The notes: generated from the letters alone by a model not told the origin. Positions 37,980 to 46,923 are shown, counted from the stretch's first letter. The stretch is 61,080 nt of DNA from a virus (IMGVR_UViG_3300038829_000267:1-61080); one strand, 5' to 3'. Made by a program: numbers and translations.

Positions 37980-38569
37980 CACCCGCTGCCCGAGCGCTCG
38001 CCATTCGTGGCGCGCTCGAGCTCGCCGGTGTCGAGTCCACCGTTGAACCCGGCGGGCTCGGTCGCGTGGCCGAGCTCGCCGGCGCGATGGGAGAGCATCC
38101 GCTCGGCCTGGGCTGCATGGCCGTCAGCGAGCGGTTTGGCGAACGAGCGACAGACGCGGCCGAGCTCGGTGCTCCAACGACCGAGGTGGTCCTCGTGCGT
38201 CTGGCCGGCTCCTGGTACGTGAGCGATGGCGAGGAGCTCGAGCGCCAAGGTCTGGCTGGCCGCGAGCTCACGACCATCCTGCCTGCCTCGATCGCGGGTC
38301 AGACGTTGCGCCTGCTCGACCTCGCTCTAGAGGGCGACCCTAGGGCAACCCGACCGACCATCAAGCGGGTTGTCACCGCCTGTTGCGGCGTCGTCGAGGC
38401 GGCGACGTCCTATGAATTCGAGCCCGCCGGCGGGGGCGTGGCTGTGCGCTACCGGTATTGGTTCCTGGCCCACCACGGGTGGCCGACCGTCTCGCCCGAC
38501 GAAATGCTGCGGCGCCGGCTAATGCGGCTTGCCGACCAGCTCTCGAGGTTTCGAGATCAGCTCGACTGA
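37976..38569 (+). CDS. hypothetical protein, possible PAS-like C-terminal domain
   Basis: LAGRELTTILP...LLDLALEG followed by beta strands; coupled start. Confidence 0.55.
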   Translation: MTPAARALAIRGALELAGVESTVEPGGLGRVAELAGAMGEHPLGLGCMAVSERFGERATDAAELGAPTTEVVLVRLAGSWYVSDGEELERQGLAGRELTTILPASIAGQTLRLLDLALEGDPRATRPTIKRVVTACCGVVEAATSYEFEPAGGGVAVRYRYWFLAHHGWPTVSPDEMLRRRLMRLADQLSRFRDQLD

Positions 38570-38916
38570 CCGGACGGTCCCGGGCCGAGCCGCTTCTTCA
38601 GCTCGGTGAACTCGCGCTCGACGACATCGAGCATCTTGTGAATCGCCAGCAGGCGCTCCGCCTCCTCATCGCCCGCCGCCCTTGCTTCGGCGGACAGGGC
38701 ATCTGCCGTGCCGAGCAGATAGTCCGCTGAGATCTTGAGCTCGCGGCAGAGCCGCACCAGGGCGTCGGGATCAGGCGAGCGCCGCCCCGAGGCCCAGTGA
38801 GACAGGGTGCTTGGGTCGACGTTGATCGCCCGGGCGATCTCGGCCCGCGACGCGCGCCCTTTGGTGACGGCCTCGTCAAGGGCCTCATCGAGTCGCCGGG
38901 CGCCAGTCCATGACAT
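38557..38916 (-). CDS. XRE-family HTH repressor (cI-like)
   Basis: SRAEIARAINVDPSTLSHWASGRRSP...ISADYLLG; divergent from cro-like gene. Confidence 0.9.
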   Translation of the reverse strand: MSWTGARRLDEALDEAVTKGRASRAEIARAINVDPSTLSHWASGRRSPDPDALVRLCRELKISADYLLGTADALSAEARAAGDEEAERLLAIHKMLDVVEREFTELKKRLGPGPSGQSS

Positions 38917-38950
38917 AGCGCCAAGTCTGCGCGCACTTTCGTGCACTTGC

Positions 38951-39000
38951 TGTTGACAATTCGCCAACACTGACCTAGATTCGTTGACGAAATGTCAACG
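38951..39000 (+). promoter_or_regulatory. early rightward promoter with two 19-bp palindromic operators
   Basis: TTGACA (38953-38958), 17 bp, TAGATT (38976-38981); operators TGTTGACAATTCGCCAACA (38951-38969) and CGTTGACGAAATGTCAACG (38982-39000). Confidence 0.85.
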
Positions 39001-39240
39001 CCACTTGCCGATGTGCTCGCCCGTTGCGGCATCACCCAGTCCGATGTGGCTCTCGCGCTGGGTGTAGACAACTCGACCATCAGTCACAAGCTCGCCGGTC
39101 GGCGACGCTGGTCTCAGCCGGAGGTCACCGTCCTGCTCGCCCTGATCCGGCGGAAGGACCCGATGGTCGGCTACGACGATCTGTTCGCGGCCTCCGAGGT
39201 GGAGGCCGAAGCGCTCGTTACAGACCCGGTGGAGGCGTAG
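38992..39240 (+). CDS. Cro-like HTH regulator
   Basis: ITQSDVALALGVDNSTISHKLAGRRRW. Confidence 0.88.
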   Translation: MSTPLADVLARCGITQSDVALALGVDNSTISHKLAGRRRWSQPEVTVLLALIRRKDPMVGYDDLFAASEVEAEALVTDPVEA

Positions 39241-39552
39241 ATGCCCGCTCTCCAGGCCCGCGAGGCAAACGCCGCCGTCGGGATGGTCATGGACGAGCGG
39301 TGGCGCCAGCTCCGCCTGTATCCCATCCAGCACGACGACACCCACGACGCAGGCGAGATCGCCCAGGCCGCCGCTGCGTACGCCCTCGCCTCGGCCGCCG
39401 AGACCGACCTCGAGCGCGAGATCGCCGTCGACACTTGGCCCTGGGAGCTGGACGACTTCAAGCCGTCGACTCCACTCGCCGACCTGATCCGCGCCGGCGC
39501 GCTCCTGCTTGCCGAGATCGAGCGCCGCCTCCGGGCGGGAGAGGAGGCCTAG
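39241..39552 (+). CDS. conserved phage hypothetical protein
   Basis: ERWRQ...HDD, AAAYAL, WPW...FKP...LIRAGALLLAEIER. Confidence 0.75.
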   Translation: MPALQAREANAAVGMVMDERWRQLRLYPIQHDDTHDAGEIAQAAAAYALASAAETDLEREIAVDTWPWELDDFKPSTPLADLIRAGALLLAEIERRLRAGEEA

Positions 39553-39555
39553 GCC

Positions 39556-39837
39556 GTGGTCACCACCAACCACGACGGCGCGGAGCGCTGCTGCTGCGAC
39601 CGGTGCTGCCGCAAGGACCCCAGCCGGGGGCTGACTGCCGCTCAGGACGCGCTGCTGGTCGACCTGGTGATTGCCGGCTCCGACGGGATCAGCAGTGCCG
39701 ACTTCGATAGCGGGATGACCGGCCGCAGCTGGCGGCCACTGGTCGAACGCGGCCTGGTCGAGTTCAAGCCGGCGACGGCGCCGGCCACGTTCGTCGTCAC
39801 CACTGCGGGACGCGAAGTACTCGCCGCGAGGAGCTGA
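39556..39837 (+). CDS. hypothetical protein (possible winged HTH)
   Basis: LTAAQ...LVERGLVE...VTTAGREVL. Confidence 0.55.
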   Translation: MVTTNHDGAERCCCDRCCRKDPSRGLTAAQDALLVDLVIAGSDGISSADFDSGMTGRSWRPLVERGLVEFKPATAPATFVVTTAGREVLAARS

Positions 39838-39840
39838 CCC

Positions 39841-41058
39841 GTGGCGCCCCCATTCACCAGCCCCGAGGACCGACCGATGACCGCCGAACCGAAATCCGCC
39901 TTGCTGCCGTCTCGCCTGGAGGCTCTCGCCACCATCACGCTCCAGCACGGAGGCCACCCGAGCTTCGCCGCCGGGCACTGCGCACTGGAGACGGTCGCAT
40001 GGCTGGCCGGCGGCCCGCACACCGATCACCCCGACTGCGTCTCGCCGGTGATCGCGGCGTTCGTCCGGAACTGGAACGACGGCCTCCTGACCGACGATGA
40101 CCGGAACCGCCTGCTGCGTCCGATCCTGCCTGAGCTGGTCGGTACTGCGACGACCGTCGCGGACGAGGAGACGCGGGCCTGGCTGCTGGTGGATTGGCTG
40201 GCGCGTGTACAGGCCCCGGCGTGGCTGAGCCTCACTGCTGGCCTGGCGCCGCACGCTGCGGTCCTCAAGGCGCTGCCGGCGATCGCCGACGCGGCCAGCG
40301 CAGCGACGGCCCGCGGGCCACTGGCCGCCGCCAGGGCCGCCGCCAGGGCCGCCGCCAGGGCCGCCGCCAGGGCCGCCGCCTGGGACGCCGCCTGGGACGC
40401 CGCCTGGGACGCCGCCTGGGCCGCCGCCAGGGACGCCGCCAGGGACGCCGCCAGGGCCGCCGCCAGGGCCGCCGCCTGGGACGCCGCCTGGGCCGCCGCC
40501 AGGGACGCCGCCAGGGACGCCGCCAGGGCCGCCGCCAGGGCCGCCGCCAGGGCCGCCGCCTGGGACGCCGCCAGGGCCGCCGCCTGGGCCGCCGCCAGGG
40601 ACGCCGCCAGGGACGCCGCCTGGGACGCCGCCAGGGCCGCCGCCAGGGCCGCCGCCTGGGCCGCCGCCAGGGACGCCGCCAGGGACGCCGCCTGGGCCGC
40701 CGCCAGGGACGCCGCCAGGGACGCCGCCAGGGACGCCGCCAGGGACGCCGCCTGGGCCGCCGCCAGGGACGCCGCCAGGGACGCCGCCAGGGACGCCGCC
40801 AGGGACGCCGCCAGGGACGCCGCCTGGGCCGCCGCCAGGGACGCCGCCAGGGACGCCGCCAGGGACGCCGCCAGGGACGCCGCCAGGGACGCCGCCTGGG
40901 CCGCCGCCAGGGACGCCGCCAGGGACGCCGCCTGGGCCGCCGCCAGGGACGCCGCCAGGGACGCCGCCAGGGACGCGCTCGCACCTACGGTGCTCGCGCT
41001 CCAGGCCTCCGCCGTCGAGTTGATCCGCACGATGTGCGTCGTCGGCCGGGCGGCCTGA
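39841..41058 (+). CDS. phage protein with AA(R/W)(A/D) tetrapeptide repeats
   Basis: Globular N-terminus (HCALETVAWLAGGPHTDHPDCVSPVIAAF) then repeat; start may be 39877. Confidence 0.8.
   Translation: MAPPFTSPEDRPMTAEPKSALLPSRLEALATITLQHGGHPSFAAGHCALETVAWLAGGPHTDHPDCVSPVIAAFVRNWNDGLLTDDDRNRLLRPILPELVGTATTVADEETRAWLLVDWLARVQAPAWLSLTAGLAPHAAVLKALPAIADAASAATARGPLAAARAAARAAARAAARAAAWDAAWDAAWDAAWAAARDAARDAARAAARAAAWDAAWAAARDAARDAARAAARAAARAAAWDAARAAAWAAARDAARDAAWDAARAAARAAAWAAARDAARDAAWAAARDAARDAARDAARDAAWAAARDAARDAARDAARDAARDAAWAAARDAARDAARDAARDAARDAAWAAARDAARDAAWAAARDAARDAARDALAPTVLALQASAVELIRTMCVVGRAA
40327..40974. repeat. tandem array of 54 x 12-bp units GCCGCC[A/T]GGG[A/C]C
   Basis: Read directly; 648 bp; only unit positions 7 and 11 vary. 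Confidence 0.95.
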
Positions 41059-41061
41059 GCC

Positions 41062-41559
41062 ATGGGCATGCCTCTCGCCGAGCAGTTCGAGCACCTGGGC
41101 GGATCCCGGGTCACGTTCCCCTCTGTCCGCCGCTGTCGCGTCTGCGGCTGCACCGACGCCGACTGCAGCAGCTGCATCGAGCGCACGGGCATGCCCTGCT
41201 CGTGGGTCGAGCCGGATCTCTGCTCCGCGCGCGAGGAGCGGCCCGAGGCGGACGTCGACCTCCAGGCCGCCGCGGTCGAGGTCGCGACTCCTGCCGGCGC
41301 TCCCGCGCTGACCGCCCTCCCGTGGAAGGTGGGGGCGGACGCGATCTTCGACCTGGCGGTCGAGGCCTCCGATGGGCTGGCGGTGGCCTACATCCTCGAC
41401 TGCCCTGACGCCGTCGACGTCGCTCGCCTCCTCGCTGCCGCACCTGACCTCCTGGCCGCCGCCGAGGCCGCGCTGGAGCTCATTGCCAGACCGCCTGTAC
41501 ACGCGACCGGGCCGGTCATGCGCCAGCTCCAGGCGGCCGTCGCCAAGGCGAGGGGCTGA
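41062..41559 (+). CDS. hypothetical protein with Cys-rich zinc finger
   Basis: CRVCGCTDADC...CSWVEPDLCSA; ARLLAAAPDLL. Confidence 0.7.
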   Translation: MGMPLAEQFEHLGGSRVTFPSVRRCRVCGCTDADCSSCIERTGMPCSWVEPDLCSAREERPEADVDLQAAAVEVATPAGAPALTALPWKVGADAIFDLAVEASDGLAVAYILDCPDAVDVARLLAAAPDLLAAAEAALELIARPPVHATGPVMRQLQAAVAKARG

Positions 41560-41562
41560 CCG

Positions 41563-42366
41563 ATGGCCCTCACCACCAAGCAGATCCCTGTCGCCGTGCT
41601 TGAGGTCCTCGCGGCCGGCACGTCGAGCGGCAATGCCTTCTTCCTGCCGCCTGGCCAGCTCGACCGGAAGCTGTATCAGGCCGTCGACCAGGTGCTGCAG
41701 GCGCTCGGCAGCAAGTGGAATCGGTCGCGGTCCGGACACGTGTTCGGCGGTCTGGTTCCCGGGGAGGCCGTCGAGGCCGCTGATCGCATAGCCGCCGCAG
41801 TTGCCAGCGGCAGCTACGACGACCCGAAGGCGCTCGCCTTCTTCGAGACGCCATCCGCGCTCGCGGCGCAGCTGGTTGCGGAGGCCGGCGTCCGCCGAGG
41901 TGACCGCTGCCTCGAGCCATCGGCCGGCGAGGCCGCCATCGCGAGGTGGTTGGCCGCCGCGGGCGGGCTCGACAACCTCGTCTGTGTCGAGGTGAATGCC
42001 CACCGCCAGCAGAGGCTCATCCAGAAGGGATTTAACCCGGTCTACGGCGGTGACTTCCTGTCGATGCAGCCGCCGACCGATGACGTCGACCGCTTCGCGC
42101 GGATCGTGATGAACCCGCCTTTCTCGCTGCCCGGGCAATCGCAAGCCGACATCGAGCACGTGACACACGCGCTGCGCTTCCTTGCTCCGGGCGGCAGCCT
42201 CGTTGCGGTGATATCGCGCGGCGTGCTCTTCCGCGGAAACGCGCGCACCCGAGACTTTGTCGAGCTGGTGAATCGCCACAAGGGTTCTATCGGCCTGCTG
42301 CCGGATGACGCCTTCGAGGTCTCGGGCACCAGCGTGCGGACCGCGGTTCTTCGGGTGGGGTGCTGA
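41563..42366 (+). CDS. N6-adenine-type DNA methyltransferase (class I SAM)
   Basis: FFETP, LEPSAG, GDFL, IVMNPPF. Confidence 0.85.
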   Translation: MALTTKQIPVAVLEVLAAGTSSGNAFFLPPGQLDRKLYQAVDQVLQALGSKWNRSRSGHVFGGLVPGEAVEAADRIAAAVASGSYDDPKALAFFETPSALAAQLVAEAGVRRGDRCLEPSAGEAAIARWLAAAGGLDNLVCVEVNAHRQQRLIQKGFNPVYGGDFLSMQPPTDDVDRFARIVMNPPFSLPGQSQADIEHVTHALRFLAPGGSLVAVISRGVLFRGNARTRDFVELVNRHKGSIGLLPDDAFEVSGTSVRTAVLRVGC

Positions 42367-42369
42367 CCG

Positions 42370-42939
42370 ATGGCCAGCATCTACCTCGCCGCCCGCTACG
42401 GCCGCCGCGCCGAGCTCCAGGAGGTCGCCGCCCGCCTGCGCGACTTCGGCCACGCGATCACCAGCCGGTGGATCCACGGCGGCCACGACCTGGTCGACGA
42501 CGGCTCGCCGGCCTTTGCCGCCGCCAGCGCCCGGTTCGCCGAGGAGGACTGGTCCGACCTCGTGGCGGCCGACGTGTTCATCGCCTTCACCGAGGCGCCA
42601 GGGGCCCCAGGCCGCGGCCGCGGCGGTCGCCGCGTCGAGCTCGGCGCCGCACTCGCGCTGCGCAAGACGGTCATCGTCGCCGGCCCCCGCGAGAACATCT
42701 TCGCCTTCCTCCCGCAGGTCATCTGGTTCGGCACGACCGAGAGCCTGCTGGCCCTGGCGCCGTTCATCGCCGCCACGCCGGCCTGGACACCTCGGACCAC
42801 GTACCGCAACCTGACCGTCTACGGCTGCAACTGCGTCGTCACCGCTGTCGAGACGACCTCCCGCTCCATTCGCCGCGTCGCCGGCTCCTGCCCCAAGTGC
42901 GTCGCATCCACGGCCGCCTGGGCCGAGCGGAGCGTCTGA
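42370..42939 (+). CDS. nucleoside 2-deoxyribosyltransferase-like protein
   Basis: IYLAARY, ITSRWI, D..D...AD, GGRRVELGAA. Confidence 0.7.
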   Translation: MASIYLAARYGRRAELQEVAARLRDFGHAITSRWIHGGHDLVDDGSPAFAAASARFAEEDWSDLVAADVFIAFTEAPGAPGRGRGGRRVELGAALALRKTVIVAGPRENIFAFLPQVIWFGTTESLLALAPFIAATPAWTPRTTYRNLTVYGCNCVVTAVETTSRSIRRVAGSCPKCVASTAAWAERSV

Positions 42940-42942
42940 GCC

Positions 42943-43203
42943 ATGACCCCCGCGCAGCGCGCCGAGCTCGACAGCTACCGGGTGAAGGTCGCCCAGGTGC
43001 AGCACCTCGAGCAGTTCATCGCCTGGCTGATGGAGCAGGACATCTACCTGGGCGAGCCATCCGGCCCGAGGTCGCTGGCCTACGCCAGCGTGCACGTTCC
43101 CCACCTCGTCGCGCGCTACCTCGGCATCACACCGGCCGAGCTGCAGCGCATGCAGACCGCCCTGTTCGAGTACGACCGCGACTCGTCGCGGGATGACAGC
43201 TGA
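42943..43203 (+). CDS. hypothetical protein
   Basis: ORF in the early operon. Confidence 0.55.
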   Translation: MTPAQRAELDSYRVKVAQVQHLEQFIAWLMEQDIYLGEPSGPRSLAYASVHVPHLVARYLGITPAELQRMQTALFEYDRDSSRDDS

Positions 43204-43224
43204 CCCCGAGAGAGGACCCGGCAC

Positions 43225-43545
43225 ATGACACGCACATGGTCGATCGACCTGCACCCCGCCCTGCTCTTCGGCTTCGCCTGCAAGATCGGGCGGACGCTCG
43301 GGCACCTGCCCGACGGCACCAAGCTGATCGCCAATGACTACCTGGCGATCGAGGCGCACCTCGGCCCGCTGGTGATCCGCCTGCGCTGCTGCTGGTGTCC
43401 CAGCTGCTGCGCCCCAAAGGCCGCAGCCGGCGAGACCCAGGGCCAGCAGCAGGCCGCATCTGCCCCGGCTGCCCAGCCCGACCTGCGGCTCGTCTGGGCC
43501 GGCCCGCTGGGCGTCCGCCAGCCCCGCCGCGAGGAGCTCAACTAG
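43225..43545 (+). CDS. hypothetical protein
   Basis: GAGG RBS. Confidence 0.5.
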   Translation: MTRTWSIDLHPALLFGFACKIGRTLGHLPDGTKLIANDYLAIEAHLGPLVIRLRCCWCPSCCAPKAAAGETQGQQQAASAPAAQPDLRLVWAGPLGVRQPRREELN

Positions 43546-43548
43546 GCC

Positions 43549-43824
43549 ATGCGCGTTTGGGTGCTCACCACGCGCCACCACCGCGAGCAGGCCGCCCTCG
43601 GCTACGCCGAGTACGCGCTGGCGTGCCGCGGCTTCCTCGCCGCCGGCGAGCCCACCCGCGACAACCGGAGCCGCGGTCGCTTCGTGCTCCGCACCTGGTG
43701 GCTCGTCGACCCGGGTTGCTCGATCGACGAGGAGCTGGTCACCGCTGAGGTGACGCGCCGGCAGGTCGAGCGCCTGCTCGCCGCCCGGCGGGAGTCCCGC
43801 CGTACCAGTCGGAGGGCTGCTTAG
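43549..43824 (+). CDS. hypothetical protein
   Basis: Tightly packed ORF. Confidence 0.5.
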   Translation: MRVWVLTTRHHREQAALGYAEYALACRGFLAAGEPTRDNRSRGRFVLRTWWLVDPGCSIDEELVTAEVTRRQVERLLAARRESRRTSRRAA

Positions 43825-44079
43825 ATGCGGCACTCCCCGCGGGCTCTCCTCCTCCACATCGCGGCTCGCCACGCGGCGGCCAGCCTCGCGCTCGAGCAGG
43901 GCGAGCCGCGGCGGCTCCAGGTCCTCTCGTACCGCGCGCTCGAGGCGATGCCGCGGATCCGCGGCCGCCGTCCGGCGATAGCGCCGCGCCTGCCGGTCGA
44001 GACGTACGGCGCGCTCCTCGAGCGGCTGCCCAGCCTGGTGACGACGGCGCGGCAGCGGAGAGCCGGAGAGCTGACGTGA
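43825..44079 (+). CDS. hypothetical protein
   Basis: GGAGG RBS; adjacent start. Confidence 0.5.
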   Translation: MRHSPRALLLHIAARHAAASLALEQGEPRRLQVLSYRALEAMPRIRGRRPAIAPRLPVETYGALLERLPSLVTTARQRRAGELT

Positions 44080-44227
44080 TGACCCTTCCTGTCGCCGTGC
44101 ACCGCGTGACGTTCGCCGCCGCCCTCGCCGGTGCGGCGCTGGCTGCCGCCCTGCTGATCCTGGTCGGGATCCTGGTGCACGCGCTCTGCGGGCGCTGGCC
44201 TGGCGACTCTGGGAACTCTGAGGAGCA

Positions 44228-44803
44228 ATGAGCATGGGACGCACTCTCTCGTCGGGCGCGGGCTCGGGTAAGCCACAGGACTGCTTCGGATTGGATTCCG
44301 ACCGGCACGAGCGCCTGCTGGGGGCTCTCCGCGAGTCGGCTCTCGACGGCGCCGCCAAGTCGATCGCCGGCGAGCTGACCCTCACGGCCAACACGGTCTA
44401 TCACCAGGTCGACGGCCAGCTCGGCACCTGCTTCCACAAGGTGATGCTCTGGCTCGACGGTGCGCTGCGCGGCAAGGGGCAGACGCCCGACGGCCGGCAG
44501 AAGGCCCTGGCGCCCCTCCACCTGCTGAACGAGCTGTACCTGATCGAGGCTGGTGTCCAGGCCAACCAGGGGGCGGTCAACGCAGCGCTCGGACGACTCC
44601 TGCTGAATGTCGGGCGCGTGACCTCGGTCACCTCGGAGGCGGCTGCGGACGGTTCCTTCACGCCCCCGGAACAGCAGGCGATCCTCCGCGCCCTGGTCCC
44701 GCTGGTCGCCGAGATCCCAGCCCTGGCCGGCCTCATCGGCATCACCGTGCCGCCGTCGGCCGCCGCCACTGACGGCACTGACGACCGGGTGACCGTCTCG
44801 TGA
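44228..44803 (+). CDS. putative CII-like regulatory protein
   Basis: GAGGAG RBS; N-terminal HTH-like segment, C-terminal AAADGSFTPPE helical bundle. Confidence 0.5.
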   Translation: MSMGRTLSSGAGSGKPQDCFGLDSDRHERLLGALRESALDGAAKSIAGELTLTANTVYHQVDGQLGTCFHKVMLWLDGALRGKGQTPDGRQKALAPLHLLNELYLIEAGVQANQGAVNAALGRLLLNVGRVTSVTSEAAADGSFTPPEQQAILRALVPLVAEIPALAGLIGITVPPSAAATDGTDDRVTVS

Positions 44804-44997
44804 TCGACGTCACCACTGCCCCGTCCGGCGACCTGGTGCCGATCGTCATCGGCCTCCTGTGCCTCGTCGGCGCCGCCGGCATCGCTGTCGGCTGCTCTGC
44901 CCTCTTCTCGCTCGACCCACCGGCGGAGCGTCCGCCGGCCCCTCGAACCATCGCCGGCGGCAAGCCGGATCAGGAGGACACATGCTCCTCGACGTAG
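44800..44997 (+). CDS. small membrane protein
   Basis: Single TM segment; coupled. Confidence 0.45.
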   Translation: MIDVTTAPSGDLVPIVIGLLCLVGAAGIAVGCSALFSLDPPAERPPAPRTIAGGKPDQEDTCSST

Positions 44998-45368
44998 AGC
45001 GCCCCCGCGGGATTCGCGGCCTGTACGGCCAGGTCGTCATCCCGCCCGCTCCGGCCTCCCCTGAGCTCCAGGCCAGTAAGGTCCTGGAGGCCGTCCAGCA
45101 GCTCCTGCCGGTCGCGCATCAGCACCTGGTCGGCCGGAGCGAGGGTGCTCGAGAGCGCCTGCGGAAGATCGCGATCGAGGTGAGGGCGTTGCGCACCGAG
45201 CTCGCCGCCGGCGAGGTGACGGAGCCCACCGACGGGGCGTCGCCCTCGCTGCTACCGCCCGGCACCAGGCCCGCTGTCTTCGGGGTCGCGGTGTTCGGCG
45301 GCTGGCTCTTGGCCTTCTGGGCGATCACCCTCGCCGTCCATGCCTGGGCCTTCGGTGGCACGCCGTGA
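44982..45368 (+). CDS. hypothetical membrane protein
   Basis: AGGAGG RBS; C-terminal TM. Confidence 0.55.
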   Translation: MLLDVERPRGIRGLYGQVVIPPAPASPELQASKVLEAVQQLLPVAHQHLVGRSEGARERLRKIAIEVRALRTELAAGEVTEPTDGASPSLLPPGTRPAVFGVAVFGGWLLAFWAITLAVHAWAFGGTP

Positions 45369-45619
45369 CGACGGCTGACCGTCCGATCGACGCCCCGGTC
45401 TGCACCGACTGCGGCCAGCACTTCGTCGCGCGCCACAAGGACTCCGTGTACGCGCACCTGTCGGTGTGTAGGAGCTGCAACGGAGAAAAGCCGCATGGGC
45501 CGGCTCCCTGGCCAGCGGCCGCACCAGCGCCGCGGAAGCGCACCCGCAAGCCCAAGCCAGCCTCGAGCTCGAAGGTGGTCTCCATTCAGCGCCCCCACGG
45601 GAGTGCCGCCCGCTCGTGA
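45365..45619 (+). CDS. small zinc-ribbon protein
   Basis: CTDC...CRSC. Confidence 0.55.
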   Translation: MTTADRPIDAPVCTDCGQHFVARHKDSVYAHLSVCRSCNGEKPHGPAPWPAAAPAPRKRTRKPKPASSSKVVSIQRPHGSAARS

Positions 45620-46767
45620 CTTGGATCCGCATCGAGACCGACCTCGAGGCCCACCACAAGGTGGCGAAGCTCGCGCGCCTAACCGGCGAGCGAAATGCCG
45701 GGGTGTACCTCCTCCGGCTCTGGTCTTGGGCGGCACGGTGCGCCCGAGACGGCAACCTCGAGAACGTCGACATCGAGGACATCGCGACGGCCTGTCGCTG
45801 GGAGGGGGCGGCCGAGACCCTGGTGGCGGCGCTGGTCGCTGCCCGGTGGCTCGATCGCGACAGCACCTACGTAGCCGGCGACCTCAAGACCGGCGAAACC
45901 ATGGTGCACCCGTCCTCGCTCGTGATCCATGAGTGGTGGGAGTACCAGGGGCAGCACATCTTCAAGGCCCTGCGCGACGCCCAGAGGAAGCGACACCTAC
46001 GTGCCGGCGCGGATCAAGACGAGGAAACGGCGGGCGCGCGGCAAGCGCCCGGCCCCGGAGCGGCGCAGGAGCGGCGCGCGCCAGGCGCGCGCCGTGGCGA
46101 GGACGGGCGCGCGCCGCTCCGCGGACAGTCCTCGGACGGTCCAGCGCCTGGCGCGCGGACGGCGCAGGTACGTAACGGAGAAGACGGAGAGGACAAACAG
46201 AACAGACCTTCTCCCGTTGACGGTGACGGTGTATGTCGCACGCACGCGAGGCCGTCGCCGGCGACACCGGCGGCGACTGGGCCTGACAGCGAAGTTCAAA
46301 CCCCGGGATCGGAAGGCCCGGTGCAGGCGATCGGCAGGATCTACCGCGGGCTGGGCTTGGCGCCGCCCCCGCTAGCCGCCCTGGAGCGTTGGCTCACCCG
46401 AGCCGGCAGCGGCCAGGCGCTCGTGACCGTGATCCAGGATCTGGCCAGCCGGGGCGGGCTCGAGAAGGGGCAGCCTTACGTCTGGCGGACGATCGAGCGG
46501 GTCGCAAGCGGCGAGCCCCTGGGCTTCCCTTCGCCGGCGCCGCGAAACCTTCCGGAGCCGGAGGACGCCGAGACCATCCTGAATCGGGAGCGGGTCCTGG
46601 CCGTCCTCGACCTCGAGCCGCTGTTCAGCCGCACGCCGGATCCCGACGACACCCGCGACGCCTTTCGCGACGAGATCTTCGCCACGACCAGCAGCGAAGA
46701 CGTCGGACGCGTCAAGGCGCGCTGGCGCGCCGACCTGGCGCATTCCCCGGGGCCACTCTGTGTCTGA
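45616..46767 (+). CDS. putative replication initiation protein
   Basis: MTWIRIE...HHKV...LLRLWSWA...LVAARWLD...IHEWWEYQ N-terminus, low-complexity linker, helical C-terminus. Confidence 0.65.
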   Translation: MTWIRIETDLEAHHKVAKLARLTGERNAGVYLLRLWSWAARCARDGNLENVDIEDIATACRWEGAAETLVAALVAARWLDRDSTYVAGDLKTGETMVHPSSLVIHEWWEYQGQHIFKALRDAQRKRHLRAGADQDEETAGARQAPGPGAAQERRAPGARRGEDGRAPLRGQSSDGPAPGARTAQVRNGEDGEDKQNRPSPVDGDGVCRTHARPSPATPAATGPDSEVQTPGSEGPVQAIGRIYRGLGLAPPPLAALERWLTRAGSGQALVTVIQDLASRGGLEKGQPYVWRTIERVASGEPLGFPSPAPRNLPEPEDAETILNRERVLAVLDLEPLFSRTPDPDDTRDAFRDEIFATTSSEDVGRVKARWRADLAHSPGPLCV

Positions 46768-46820
46768 CCCCGCTGCCGCTGGATTCCGCCGGCTGGTCCG
46801 GCTCGCTCGAACCTCACAAG

Positions 46821-46923
46821 AAGGGGAGCGCTGGCCGCGTGTTAGAGCACGCGACCAGCACCCTCCGACCACAGCTCGCACTGTGGCCCTCAGGCCGATG
46901 GCTCCCCTTGCCCCGATCGGAGC
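46821..46923 (-). ncRNA. putative structured antisense / cis-regulatory RNA upstream of methylase
   Basis: Perfect 9-bp outer stem enclosing two hairpins; minus-strand TTGGGT-18-TAGACT promoter candidate at 46959-46930. Confidence 0.45.

Noticed and set aside
40327-40974. CRISPR array or DGR variable region
   Set aside because: No unique spacers or cas genes; no reverse transcriptase or template repeat; each adenine has only one alternative base, unlike A-to-N mutagenesis
40026-41408. Alternative-frame repeat ORFs (GRRQ, RRPW, ASLA)
   Set aside because: The 12-mer has no stop in any frame; only the AA(R/W)(A/D) frame has a plausible globular domain and operon context
38995-44394. 1799-aa minus-strand ORF with GGVP/GGGP repeats
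   Set aside because: Antisense shadow of about a dozen coupled plus-strand genes; stop codons are rare in high-GC DNA
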